From: Octopus sinensis | Lineage: Eukaryota | NCBI RefSeq assembly: GCF_006345805.1 | Contig: NW_021834398.1 | Location: 1-58,938 of the forward strand | Direction: 5' to 3' | DNA length: 58,938 bases | Part shown: positions 25,031 to 39,285 of the stretch, one piece after another | Layout of the letters: every line of letters starts with the position of its first letter | Position numbering within the stretch: the stretch's first letter is position 1 | Notes under the pieces: generated by a model | Databases searched by the model: none | What the model was told of the DNA's origin: nothing | Seen by the model: the letters and a program-made list of their open reading frames with translations, nothing else | Translations under genes and position numbers: made by a program

Positions 25031-25075
25031 TTGCTGCAGAGGTCACAGACGTGTGACGAAATATTTCCGGACAAT
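25031..25075 (+). ncRNA. Hammerhead-like motif, A6C core
   Basis: TTG CTGCAGA G GTCAC agacgt GTGAC GAAA TATTT ccgga CAAT; 5-bp stem II directly before GAAA; stem I irregular. Confidence 0.4.
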
Positions 25076-25307
25076 GGACATGAGTTAAAACAATAAAATA
25101 AGAACATATATATTTATATTCACTCATATGAATGTGTTTAAAAGTATATCTGTCTCATTCTCCCCACGCACATATATATGTGTACGTGTGTGTGTGTATA
25201 TTTATAATGTATGTGTTTATAATATGTGTGCATATATATATATACACACACATACACACACAAATACACACATATATATGTATGTATTCTTATACAGTGT
25301 GTATTTA

Positions 25308-25539
25308 AAGGCGGCGAGCTGGCAGAAACGTTAGCACGCCGGGCGAGATGCTTAGCAATATTACGTCTGCCGGTACGTTCTGAGTTCTAATTCCGCCGAG
25401 GTCGAGTTTGCCTTTCATCCTTCGGGGTCGATAAATTAAGTACCAGTTACGCACTGGGGTCGATATAATCGACTTAATCCGTTTGTCTGTCCTTGTTTGT
25501 CCTCTCTGAGTTTAGCCTCTTGTGGGTAATTAAGAAATA
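25308..25539 (+). mobile_element. SINE family B, full length
   Basis: Head, core gcctttcatccttcggggtcgataaattaagtaccag and A-rich end. Confidence 0.9.
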
Positions 25540-25624
25540 TATACAGTGCGTATTATATACATGTATTATACACACTCATACACGCGCGCACACTGATACA
25601 CAGGCACACACACACACATACATA

Positions 25625-26480
25625 CAGGGTGCGGTGAATAAACTGTCGTTTAAATTATGCAAAAATGAAAATAACACTGACATCTCATTTTAACACATAT
25701 ATTTACCAAAATTACATAAAAATATCTTGAAATACAAATCAGTAAATTTATACAATAAAATCGCCATTGCCTTCAACCAGGGCTTCCAGACGACCTGGAA
25801 ATGTTCCTCTTCTGGATGGTCTCCTTGTTTAAGTTGATGAATGATGCCATAATCCTTGCCTTCAGTTCATGTTTGGTGTTACAATGAGTTTTGTTGGTCT
25901 CTTGCTCAACTGCGCGCCCCATATAATAATCAAGGGGGTTGCAGTCTGGAGAGTTAGGTGGTCAGATGTTAGGGGTGATGCGATCGCAGAAATTGTCTGA
26001 CAGTCATGACTGGATTCTCCTACTTGTGTGGCATGGTGCAGAGTTCTGTTGCCAGACATAGTGTCTTTCAGTAGCCACCCTCTTGACTCGGGGCAGCACT
26101 GCCTCCTCAAGGCACTTGATGTAGGCCTCCGTGTTGAGTCTGAGGCCGTGTGAGAAGATGAATGGAGGCATAAAGTCACCATCACTAGTGATCACTCCAA
26201 ACACCATGATGTTAACTGGATGCTTGATTTTTATCACTCTCGGTACATGTCCTCAGATTGACACCCAAATACTCGTCTTGGAGCTTTCGGCGCGAATGCC
26301 AAGCAGTACAGCATGTCATTTCCACATTTTTGTCAGAGTGATTTGCATCATGGTCCTGTTTTTTTCACAGATGATGCCAACTACCCCTACTATGTTGTGT
26401 AGTCGACAAAATAAAAACAAGCAATGCGCATGTGCGAAATGGAAAATATAAAAATGTGACAATTTACCCATCGCACCCTG
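25625..26480 (-). mobile_element. maT/DD37D-like mariner deletion derivative, complete with TIRs and TA target duplication
   Basis: TA/CAGGGTGCGGTGAATAAACTGTC ... GACAATTTACCCATCGCACCCTG/TA; translation KHPVNIMVFGVITSDG...WQQNSAPCH. Confidence 0.9.
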
Positions 26481-26509
26481 TATATATATATATATATATA
26501 TATATGTTA

Positions 26510-26568
<59 letters not shown>

Positions 26569-26572
26569 ATAT

Positions 26573-26636
<64 letters not shown>

Positions 26637-26637
<1 letters not shown>

Positions 26638-26929
26638 CGAAGATGTACTCGCATAGCAAGTGATTTGATCTGAGATCGTGTGCTGAAACGAAAACAATTG
26701 CAGCGTGGAAGGTGTTTGTAAGCCATATAAGAAACACACAAAAGCCGTTCGATTCACTTCAACATTTAAGTTTAATTTGTCAAAATTGAGATGCAGCATG
26801 GGTTTTGTCAGTGAACAGGTCGCGGATTTTAGCGACGAAAATATTTTGACAAATTAAACTTAAATGTTGAAGTGAATCGAACGGCTTTTGTGTGTTTCTT
26901 ATATGGCTTACAAACACCTTCCACGCTGC

Positions 26930-26933
<4 letters not shown>
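26637..26933. mobile_element. Short element with perfect 91-bp inverted repeat (26696-26786 / 26843-26933), probably Penelope-like
   Basis: Arms checked base by base as exact reverse complements; 56-bp spacer; embedded in (TA)n. Confidence 0.75.
26804..26853 (+). ncRNA. Type-I hammerhead-like motif with G3:C8 swapped core
   Basis: TTTGTCA GTGAACA G GTCGC ggatttta GCGAC GAA AATATT T TGACAAA; 7-bp stem I, 5-bp stem II, palindromic helix III, UUU site. Confidence 0.6.
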
Positions 26934-26966
<33 letters not shown>

Positions 26967-26969
26967 TAT

Positions 26970-27013
<44 letters not shown>

Positions 27014-27169
27014 AAAAGAGAGAGATCTATTTCCACAAGAAAGATTTATTTATTGGCCACGCAGAGCTGAACGCAGAAGGGACAAAATACAAAGTAGAGC
27101 TTTTCATTTTAGGAAGGAGAGAGGAAAAATAGATAGACAGAGAGAGAGAGAGAGAGAAAGAGAGATAAT

Positions 27170-27278
<109 letters not shown>

Positions 27279-27508
27279 TTTACAGATATATTTTTCTCAA
27301 AGTGAGATAAATTCACACACGTAGTCAAAGTAGAACCAGTAAAATATATATCAGGAAAACGGGGAAAATACCAGATTAAATATTTAAAATTTGTTGCATT
27401 GATTATTCATGTAAAAAAAATATTTCAAATCTTAAATTCCAGCTTCCATATATAAAACAATATATTTGTCTCCTAATTTGTTTATTTGCATTAATAGTGG
27501 CGCTAGTA

Positions 27509-27557
<49 letters not shown>

Positions 27558-29139
27558 TTTTGTGGCGCTTTTTCATTAGCTGTATTAGTGTACGATGTGT
27601 GAATTGTTTACTACTCACTATACAAAGTATTGCACACAGCTAGAGGGGAAAATAATAAAACTCTTCGTAGCCAAATATCCCCTATGTTAAATATTATCAG
27701 GTTTTCATCCCGTTCACTTCCCAGCGACTTTAAATCGCGGTACTACCTCTACATATCTGAAAGGAGCCAACGGCTCAAGTGTGACCCGCATAGGTTGGAC
27801 ACTTACTATCTGCAGATGTTTTATCCCTGATCTACTTTTATTAGCAGGATACAAAGAAAAAAAAACAAACAACAACCTTTAATGAATATATGTGAAAGAT
27901 AACAACAAAATGTATAACTAAATTAAAAACAAAAGTAAGTATCAGCTACCAGCAAAATACCTACTACTACATTAGCGAAGCTCTGAAGAAGCTAAAATGA
28001 GGATGAAGGCGTGAAAATTTTGTCACTTTAGTCTCCTCTAAGTTTCACTGACCAGATATAGTCCCGAGGATACAACTGATGCCGGTCCAGACAGGCAGTA
28101 ACTGTTATTGTGATGCACGAAGGATGTTAGCAGGGAGTCGTGTTCAGTAGATGTACGTCTGCAGCCCATTGTTCAGTAATGAGAAAGTCCTTCCTAATCC
28201 GACAGTCAACGTCTTATTTCCGCTTACTGTGTGATCCATTGACCCCGGAAACTTGGCTGTCAGTAAACTTTTGCTGTTTGACCACTAAGATATTCTTATC
28301 AAAGAATGGACACCTTACCTTTCGGCCAAATTGTATTTGAAAGAATCATAGTGATAAAAATACTCTACCTATTATAGCCATTCGCTTAGGGGTTGCCGGT
28401 AACTCGACATACAATCGCAAGATGGTTTGCACGTTCTCTTTTCTATCTTCCTTGAAATTCTTCAATGGTAAAAATTGATTTTCTTTTCTTATGATCGTGA
28501 ACAGTCACATAATCTCATATATCTTACAATCCCTTTCAAAATAAGTCTTACGTTCTTAATGTCTAGGCACATCATAGACGAAAGCTATTGATTCAAATGA
28601 ATAAAGAAAATGCACAATATTTAACAGTGTGTGTGTGTGTGTGTCTACATATGTGTATGTATGTATATGTGTATGCATTCACACATTCACATAAACACAT
28701 ACACATATGCACACACACACATATATATACGTGTGCAGAAATTTATAACTATATAAATGTACGTATATATGTATATGCATATATGTATATGTAATGTATG
28801 TATGTATATGCATATATGCACATATATTTATGAATATATATGCATATATATATATGTATGTATATATATATATGTGTATGTATGTATATATGTTTATATA
28901 TATATGTGTATGTATGTATATGCATATATGCACATATATGTATGAATATATATGCATATATATATATGTATATATACGCATATATATATATATATATATA
29001 TGTATATCATGTATATATCTGTATGTGTGTGGATATATCTTCTCCGATTCACACACATACAAGCATGTGTTTATATGTGTGTGTATGTATGCATTTAGGT
29101 ACAGACAGGCAGACAGACAGACAGAAAGACAGACAGACT

Positions 29140-29262
<123 letters not shown>

Positions 29263-29704
29263 TGACAACACAATTACCCTTATATAAGTGAGTCATACCA
29301 AGAGAATACTTGTTATGTTCTCTTCCGTTTTCTTTTCATTTTCATAAATTATAAATTATTTTATTGCCATTTATCATTAATAATTAAGATTTTCATTGCC
29401 CATCTACGGCTCTGTTCTATTGTTTCCTGGCTTAGAGTATCACCGGCCAAGATATAGACGTTCGAAGAAAGACATTGGTATATAATATTATGCAATGCTT
29501 CGAATATAAGATATGTCAATAATAATTTATACGTGTCTTTATTTATACAATTTATACAGAATTTCAGATCAAGCTATTTGCTAAATAAGTACAACTTAAA
29601 CGACTTAAGACATACATTCCAAACATGGAGCATTGTATCTTTGTTAGAAACCAGCTCCATTCTTGCAGTGACATCAAATAATTAAAAATAGAAGAGAGTA
29701 TACA

Positions 29705-29739
<35 letters not shown>

Positions 29740-29742
<3 letters not shown>

Positions 29743-30137
29743 AGTGGTTGTGTGGTAAGTAGCTTGCTTACCAACCACATGGTTTCGGATTCAGTCCCAC
29801 TGCGTGGCACCTTGGGTAAGAGTCTTCTACTATAGCTTCGGGCCGACCAAATTCTTGTGAGCGGATTTGGTAGACGGAAACTGAAAGAAGCCCGTCGTAT
29901 AAATATATATATATGTGTATGTGTGTGTGTTTGTGTGTCTGTGTTTGTCCCCACAACACCGCTTGACAACCGATGCTGGTGTGTTTATGTCCCCGTAACG
30001 TAGCGGTTCGGCAAAACAGACCGCTAGAATAAGTACTAGGCTTACAAAGAATAAGTCCTGGCGTCGATTTGCTCGACTAAAGGCGGTGCTCCACCATGGC
30101 CACAGTCAAATGACTGAAACTTGTAAAAGAGTAAAAG

Positions 30138-30140
<3 letters not shown>
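29740..30140 (+). mobile_element. SINE family A, full length
   Basis: tRNA-like head (gtgtggtaag / ggattcagtccc), ccttgggtaag core, internal (TG)n, CR1-like tail, (gtaaaaga)n end. Confidence 0.9.
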
Positions 30141-30220
<80 letters not shown>

Positions 30221-31239
30221 GGCAGATATTCCAGTGGTAGGGCCTTGGCTCCGTTGTTAGAAACTATCCTTGCCTCGAAAAGAATCACTCTAGTCCGACA
30301 CCACCTTCATATTTCTAAGATCCTACGGTGTTTTAGTAATGATCAATGAACAAAGCAAGCTTTGCATTGAAATATTGTTTTTGTGAATGAATTCTCCACA
30401 AGCACTTGTACTTAAATAACCAAGAATATAGGAATAAAAATCAAAACTTACAGTATTTGAATGCAGAAAACTGAAAATATGTATGTAACAAAATACTAGT
30501 AAAACACTTCCGAAAAGTGGATGGAAATTGTGTTGAGGCCTGATATATATAAACCACAAACGAATAGAAACACACGCACATACATAACACACGTGTGTGT
30601 CTGTATATATATGTGTGTGTGTCTTTCTGTTTGTGTTTGTCTCCCATCACTGCTTGATAACTGGTGTAGTTTGCTTTATGTCCCCACTACATAGCGGTTC
30701 GGCAAAACCCCGATAGAATAACTACCAGATATTTTTTTTTAAAGTTAAGAACCGATGTAAGCTTGTTCGACGAAACTCTTTTATATATAATTTTATATTC
30801 TAACCCTAAAATGCTAATTTGAGCCGGATCTAGTTGAACTTCGGCAGCCAAGGCTGGAAAGGAATAGTATTATGGAGAGTGTTTGACGCGAATTTCGCAT
30901 GAGTTAAATAACAAATAAACCATAGACGCCGGCAGTTGCGTATCAAATATATTCTAAAGTTGATGAATCAGAGGTGTCATAATTCTGGCAGTCAGTGGAC
31001 GTGCTTGTACCCCACCCACATTGGAGACTTTCGTGCACGTTGTAAAGCCGTATGTTTCCCAAGGTGCACCAGTTTCGAACAAAACACATTGGGCCTAGAT
31101 GGATCTAGCATCGGTAACGAAAAAATATTCCCTTGCCTGGTGAATATGAAACCATAGGATGCAGAATAATGTATGTGATAATACAATAGAGGAACTTTGT
31201 CAAGTCAATGGTAAATGATCATACCAAACATCTCTTCCT

Positions 31240-31295
<56 letters not shown>

Positions 31296-31890
31296 GCCCT
31301 ACACCAGCATGGCCGCAGTCTAACGACTAAAACGGATAAAAGATAAAAGACACACACACATACACACAGAAACACACAAACGCGCATATATATATATGTG
31401 TGTGTGTGGGCGTATGTATTTGAATACATACGCATACATATACAGAAGCACACACATAGCGATCTGACTTTACCTGAATTGTAACACCTCTGATTCGGAG
31501 AAACGAGAAATAATCAACGGTCAAGATCAACAGGGGAACTACTGCTAGCACCAGCCGAGGTAGCTTACGTAGATGCGTACACTCAGCTATTGATAGACCA
31601 ATGGTGTTAGAGCAGCCCACCCAAAACAATAGATAATAGATATTGTTACACACACACACACACACATATACACAAGGGGCTTTCGTTTATCGCTGTATTT
31701 CTGTATTTTACTTTACGCGGTTTAACTTTTAATAAGATTTCATTTTGGGATTTGGTTTGCAAGATTCTTTATGTGAGTTCGTGCGTTGAAGCATATTCTG
31801 TTGTGTCTGGGGAGAGTAATTTTCTTTTTGTGTCTTATAATGTAACACACTCACCGGTAAAATTTCCACTTATTTCTTATTTTTATTTTC

Positions 31891-31927
31891 CTAAAATTTT
31901 CGTTGCGTCTTGCAACCTTTTCAATAG
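31891..31927 (-). ncRNA. Type-I hammerhead-like motif with U3:A8 core
   Basis: Minus strand CTA TTGAAAA G GTTGC aagac GCAAC GAA AATT T TAG; same architecture as 26804-26853 with a 3-bp stem I. Confidence 0.5.
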
Positions 31928-32412
31928 TCTTGCTGGTATTAGCTTTCTATAAGCTGATAAATTTGTTTTTTTGTCGTTTAATAGATTGTTAATCAATGCA
32001 ATGCATTCGTTTTTGTCCATGATTATAAATATGTTACTTTTGTCACATTAACACATTTTGATTTCGTTATTTTTCTTACATCATGCGAAGCTTGTTTAAG
32101 TTTCGTGCAGAATATCTGTATATTTTTGCGTGGGTATACATTTTTATAACATTCACCCCTTGGTGTAAGATTACAGTATGTTTACTTTATGTTTGCGTCT
32201 GATATAAATATATATATATGTTTGTGTGTGTGTGAACACAGTATGTATGTATGTATGTATATATACTCACATTGGTGTTGTTTTGTAAATTCATATTGTA
32301 AAGAAGATAAGCATCTTTGCTCTTCCCCCCTCTCTCTCTCTCTCTCTCTCGCTATATGTATGTCTGTGTGTGTTTGTATTTATATATGTATCTATGTTTG
32401 CAAATATACATA

Positions 32413-32479
<67 letters not shown>

Positions 32480-32493
32480 AATTTGATAGATAT

Positions 32494-32582
<89 letters not shown>

Positions 32583-32684
32583 CATTTACATATTGTTTGT
32601 TCTGTGTTTCAAAAGTTTTCTCTATCCCACCATCACCTTTTATTCAAAGCTCCATTTTTTTAAAGATAGGTTTATTTGTTTCCA

Positions 32685-32716
<32 letters not shown>

Positions 32717-33777
32717 CCATCATCATCATTAGTGTTATTTTTATTATTACTATTATATTATATTATTGTTATTGTTATTATTATTTGTGTGTTTATTTTA
32801 TAAGTATCGTCACGACTCTGTCCTTTAGTCACAGGGCATCTCCACCCTCCATTGCCACCATCATTCCTACCATCTCACCGCCACTATGCTACTAAACCTA
32901 ATTGCATATTTAGAAGTAGTTTGATATCTCATAATCTTTATTGCCAAACCGTAACTTCACAGTCATAATCTAGATATATTATATGGATGTATAAATAGCC
33001 CTCAAGTAACAGGGTTCCTTTCATTTTATTTTATTAAGTTTATTTTTTATATCGTTATATCATTATATAGATGTTTCAATTTTTTTTCAAAATCTTTTTA
33101 TTTATATCAAGCGGAACCACGACAATAGCTTCTGGAAAATTGTATTTACATTTTCTTATTTTGTATATTGGAAATGATACTCCTTTGCCATTTTTTATGA
33201 CGTGAAAGGTAGTTCTTATGCTATGAAATTTTTTCTCGTTGAATTTTCAATGCAGCTTTAAACTTAAGATAGTAACGTGTCTTTTTGTTGTTGTTGTGTT
33301 GTTGTGAACTCATTGTCTTTTTTATGCTTTCAATTTTATTTTGTGAAGGTATGAAAATTCGAAGAGGGAAGCAGACTTTTATATCTTTGTCTACTTTTAA
33401 CTGAATTTCAAAAAAAAGAAAGGCAAATGGAGGGGGCAGAGAAAAATATATACGCGTTGGATTAACCCCTCTCTTTGTCACATACAATCAGAAAATAAAA
33501 AACGTATAACAATACATTTATATTACTTTATTTATGGCTGTTTATTAGGTTTTTTTTTGTTTATGTATGTATATCAATTATATATATACTCCAGTGATCG
33601 TGTGTTTGTGTGTGAGCGTGTGTGCATGTCTGTATATTTGTGTGTGTATATATATATATATATTATATATATATATATATATATATGTATATAATAATAT
33701 ATATTTATATGTATATAAATTATATATATAAATATATATATATATTTATTTGTATATAAATATATATTAAATATATA

Positions 33778-33809
<32 letters not shown>

Positions 33810-35577
33810 AACACACAGGCACACACACATATACACACTCACGCACTATCCACCACACATCTACATTCCACACAACGCCTCTTCATCACCAGGACCATAT
33901 GCCTTATGGTATTCTAAGTTGGCTATTTGTAGTTCCGCTAGTTTTATTCAAAGTATCCATGACACCACATGTGATCCAACTATTAAACGATGACCACCCA
34001 GAAACAGGTTAGCCGTTGATCGAAAATCTTCTTAGTGGTTCCTTTATTGTTATGCGGCAGAATATCAAACAAGGCCTCGATATTAATCTCTCCCACTCAT
34101 TCAAACTGAACTGCTGTTACCCGGTACTGTACCTCATCCAAGAGTATCATCCGACTTTGAGGTATTCTTTTTTGCATCGCAAAGTCATCACGTTTTTCTG
34201 CCTGCAAAACTGAAGCCTATTCTGCTTATAAGATACTTACCAACCTTTTCGTTGATAAGGCGCTAATCGGATACTTACCGACATTTTTTAGAATCCTTCT
34301 TTCTCCTGTTTCGCAGCCATGGTGGTTCTGTGTATAGGACTCAGGCGGAGAAAGCCTTAACATTTTCTGCACGCTTACCATTCAGAACCATACCGTAGAC
34401 ATTCTTGTGTCACCAATCTACTAGCCTCACTTCGATACACACATATTCCAAGAGCGAAAATGCCTCCAGTTGCTTCAAACCAAAATGTTCTTTCTATTAC
34501 TCTGGAACAATGTACCAAAATCTGAGTGCCTATACGCAACAATCTCTTTAATCTCTTTCTTTCCCTCTTTATCTCTCTCTCTCTCTTTCTCTCTCTTGCT
34601 TTCTTTCTTTCTTTCCTCTGTTTCATCTCTCTTTCTTTCAGGTTGTATCTTGATTTTTGGAAACCCGCTGCAATGCAGCCAGTTCTGGCTATTCCAACCA
34701 TCGGCTATTCCAACCTATCGCACACACTTTCAAGACCTCAAAAGTGATAGAAAAGAACATACAACGTAGAATGTAATATATAAAAAATAATAAACTATAT
34801 AGAAAAACAATACACTGAAATAATTTTGACACGGCTGCTCACTGGTGGTTCAGAGTTCAAATGCCACTAAATTTCACGTTTAATATAAAAGAAACCAACT
34901 GCTCGATAAAGGAAGGCAAAATTTCTTTGTTAAATGTTTAATCGGCGACAAATGCATAAATTTGACATTTGGGGTGGTGAATTAAATGTTTACCCACTTG
35001 AACTTCTTGACTTGCAAGGAACATCTCGATTCCTGAGGTGTCCGAAACCACAACGGTGATGTTGATCATATATGCAGCAAGCTCAAACTCCCTTTATCTC
35101 CATTCGTTCACACTGTCATTTGATACATCCAACACCTGCAGTAAGGCCTCTAGAGCTAGACTCTCCAAACTCTGCAAAATGAGATTCCTAGACCGAAAGT
35201 TCTATTGGATGGTCAGATACACTAAATATCAAGCAGATGCTATTGTTAAATGCAGCTGCACTTAAAACTCCAAAATACTTTCGGTCGACCGGAATTGGCG
35301 CCCGGCCTGCCAAAGCTAAATCCGCAATTCTCTCTACGATATATTGTATTATATAATGATTGTTGCAAACTTGACTCGCCTTAGAGCACAGACTATTTGA
35401 ATAGAAACTATTTATTATGTTAATCTATTATCTTTCATTGTGTAATCAGTTACATACGTGACTGGCATAACTAGTAGGACACGAGATAATATGCTAATAG
35501 TTTGTTAAATATAATTGTGTTAAGAGTTCCAATCAAGTGATTAACACCGTATTTTTATCCTTCTTCTCTTTTTCCAG

Positions 35578-35609
35578 AACCAGCTAAGAATCCGGATGTA
35601 TTCAAGTAA
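35578..35609 (+). CDS. Candidate short terminal or micro-exon ((E)PAKNPDVFK*); product unknown
   Basis: Strong acceptor atttttatccttcttctctttttccag; short open frame to TAA at 35607. No homology recognised. Confidence 0.2.
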
Positions 35610-35714
35610 TCGTGCTCTCTCGCCTTATTTCAATATCAGAAATTAACAGGGCGTTGGACTGACAGGGTCTTTTGTGCGTTCAACAAAATACCTTGCGATA
35701 CTAATTGTGGTTAT

Positions 35715-35930
35715 AAGGCGGCGAGCTCGCAGAATCGTTAACACGACGGCCAAAGTGCTAAGCGGCATCTCATCTGTCTTTACGTTCTGAGTTCAAATTC
35801 CGCCGAGGTCGACTTTGCCTTTCATCCTTTCGGGTTCGACAAAATAAGAATCAGTTGAACACTAGAATCGATGTAATCGACTTATCCTCTCTCCCGAAAT
35901 TACGGATCTTGTGCCAAAATTTGAGGCCGA
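35715..35930 (+). mobile_element. SINE family B
   Basis: Head aaggcggcgagctcgcagaatcgtta and core gaggtcgactttgcctttcatcctttcggg. Confidence 0.85.
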
Positions 35931-37602
35931 TGTTAATTACGGTTCTTTACGTACATAGACACATATATACATGTGTGTGTGTGTGTGTGTGTCTGTGTGT
36001 GTGTGTGTGTGGGTGTGTGTGTGTGTGCGTGTGGGCGTGCGTTTCCAAGAAGAATTAAATAAACCTGGCAAAACATGCTCCAAACTAGCTTTACTTATGG
36101 GAAGGGAATATTTGAACTCGATATTACATGATAGCAAAGACTGCCTTTATTCCCAGAAACAGATTGTGCATTTTTATAGTATTATTTCACAGCTGAGGAA
36201 CTTTGACTCATTAAAAATTTAATCATGAATACAGTGGTGATAGCTCTTCGCTGATGGGACCGACAAACTACTATTGTTGGTCATATCTGTTATGTAAAGC
36301 TTTCCATCTATAACCATCCGGTTTTGCAGCTTTTAAAAATTGTGTATATGTGGCTAGATTGACCAATGAACTGGTTGGTATACAAAACAGACAGGACAAT
36401 CTTGACGGCTTTTAATGATCGTTCTTCTTCTGTAAATCTGATCTGATAAACATCAATGTTAACGACTACATATTCGTATTTGTATATCGATAGTTATTTC
36501 TGCTGATACTTTGGCGTTTCTGCAACCCCTTGCTCCTAAAGTGCACAGCCTCTCAAAATTCGAATGGAAGGAGTTAAAATAATTGAAAAACCCATTTCTA
36601 CAACAATGAGATTCGAAAACTGAAGTAAAAAAAGTAAGTCCCCAGGACATTACTGTCTGGAGTTCATAAGTCAGGTTACCCGGTGTCAAAGGAGTATAAG
36701 TGACGCAGAACAATATTTCCCTTGAATGGTACGTCAGTTCGTTGCCGGAATACTCGTTTACAGCTGATTTAACTGGAGCAATGTGAAACGAAGGATTTTG
36801 CTCAAGAACACAGCGCACCACTCGGTCCGAAAACCGTAACCACGACCTTGTGACCCTGAGTACAGCGTCCTAGCCACTAAGCAACGCAACTTCACGAACA
36901 CTAAATAAGGGACCCTCAAACTAAACTCTGCATTCTTTATTTTATTACTCTCTGATGCCCTCCTGCAAGTCATAGGTGCTGCATATGACATAACAAAATC
37001 TTCCCAGTGGAAGCAAATACTTTACATTGTAAAAATCGACCGGAAAGTCTTTCATCTTCCTTTCTTCAAAAATGTGAGTTTTCCTTTACTTAAACTAAAC
37101 GAAATGATATTATACACGATGTGTCAAATACGTAGGATATAATTTCTTTCTGCGTTAGACATTATCTGGCATGCGTGGCTTATAAAATATATACCAGTCA
37201 TATACCTGAGACGACGTAATTTTAGATTGACTTTTACTGATTAAAAAATTTAGAACATAACAAATCTATATTGTACTAGGAGTTTTTTTAATTGTAGAAG
37301 TGCCATTCAATGAATATATATGAATGGCACGACTTATAAATAAGCAAAATTATCAAATAAATGCATTTTTTCAATTCAGTATATGTGAATATGAATACAC
37401 ACACACACACACGCATACATACATACATACATACATACATACATACATACAATATGTATGTATGTATGCATGCATACACTTCCCCTATAAATGCATACAT
37501 ATATACATACTCGATTAGAGATATATTATATATAAAATCATACATAGATTTATGTATATATATATACACATCATATATATATATATATACATCACACAAC
37601 TC

Positions 37603-37745
<143 letters not shown>

Positions 37746-37780
37746 TACTCATTATACATATATATATATAATATAGACAC

Positions 37781-37820
<40 letters not shown>

Positions 37821-38321
37821 TACACGCAAATTTATTTATGTATACATGCACACATAAATATGGTTTGAAGCCGATTACATATTTCAATTTAATCTGCTTA
37901 TTGACGAGCGATAGTCTCTATCGTATGTAACAAATCTAAGTTTCAGTAATACAGTATTGCACGTGGCTATCCCCAAGCCTTTTTAATTATCTCCATTTTC
38001 CGAGGCAACATTTTGTTTTCGAATTTCAATTTCTAAGTCAAAACATATCTCTGAATGTAAGAACAGCTGATATAAGTATCTAATAGTATTAAAATCTTTC
38101 AAAAGGGAGTGCCTAAATTATTGGAGAAGCGTACTGCAGGTTCTGATTTAGTTTGACACAGGGTCAGTAAGTTTGCTTTTGTAATAAGTGTTTTGAGATG
38201 GAAATGTTAAGGAATTGTGACGTACATGATTTCAGCTATAAAACCATCTCTGAAAATGTGTAATGTCAAGCCATATGCCGATTTTTTGTTTTTTTAGAAA
38301 GCATTATTTCTTTTATCATTA

Positions 38322-38678
38322 GGCGTAGGAGCGGCTCTGTAGTAAGTAGCTTGCTTACTAACCACATGGTGTCTTCTACTATAGCCTCGGGCCGACCAAA
38401 GCCTTGTGAGTGGATTTGGTAGACGGAAACTGAAAGAAGCCCGTCGTATATATGTATATGTATACGTTTGTGTGTCAGTGTTTGTCCCCCCTCCAACATC
38501 GCTTGACAACTGATGCTGGTGTGCTACGTCCCCGTAACTTAGCGGTTCGACAAAAGAACCGATAGAATAAGTACTAGGCTTACAAAGAATAAGTCCTGGG
38601 GTCGATTTACTCGATTAAAGGCGGTGCTCCAGCATGGCCACAGTCAAATGACTGAAACAATTAAAAGAGTAAAAGAGT
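38322..38678 (+). mobile_element. SINE family A with deletion in the head
   Basis: Matches 29740-30140 but lacks the B-box segment (catggt/gtcttctac junction). Confidence 0.85.
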
Positions 38679-38694
38679 AATTAGTAGTAATATC

Positions 38695-39285
38695 ACGCCG
38701 GGTGAAATGCTTAGCGATATTTCGCCTGTCGCTACGTTTAAATTCCACCGAGGTCGACTTTGCTTTCATCCTTCGGGGTCGATAAGTTAAGTACCAGTGA
38801 AACACGGGATCGATGTAATCGACTAGTCGTCTTCCCCCAAATCTGAGGTCTTGTGCCTCCAGTAGAAAAGATTTTATTCAGACTGCGAGCTGGCAGAATC
38901 TTTAGTTCGCCGGGCGAAACGATCAGCGATATTCGGTCTGCTGCTATGTTTCAAATTCCGCCGAGGTCGACTTTGCCTTTTATCCTTTCAGGTCAATATA
39001 TTAAGAGATCGAGGTAATCAACTAGTCCCTTCCCCACAAAATTTTAGGCTTGTGCCTTCAGTAGAAAGTATTATTATCATCATCATCATCATCATCATTA
39101 TTATTATTATTATTATTATTGAAGGCGCCGTGCTGTAGAATCGTTAGCACAGTAGGAAAAATGCTTACTGGCTCTTTACGCAGTGAGTTCAAATTCTGCT
39201 GAGGTCGATAAAATAAGTACCATTTAAACACTAGGACCGATGAAACTGACTTACCCCAACTCCTCAAAATTTCTGGCCGGGCGTT
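38695..39285 (+). mobile_element. Three consecutive SINE family B copies (38695-38872, 38881-39070, 39121-39285)
   Basis: Repeated aaattc...gaggtcga cores in the same orientation. Confidence 0.8.

Noticed and set aside
27983-28020. CTGAAGA followed by GAAA
   Set aside because: No stem II or helix III pairing.
33874-34520. Possible decayed RTE or coding exons (YGSEW, MWC fragments; minus-strand donors at 34235 and 34273)
   Set aside because: Motifs too short and in different frames; cannot be supported without a search.
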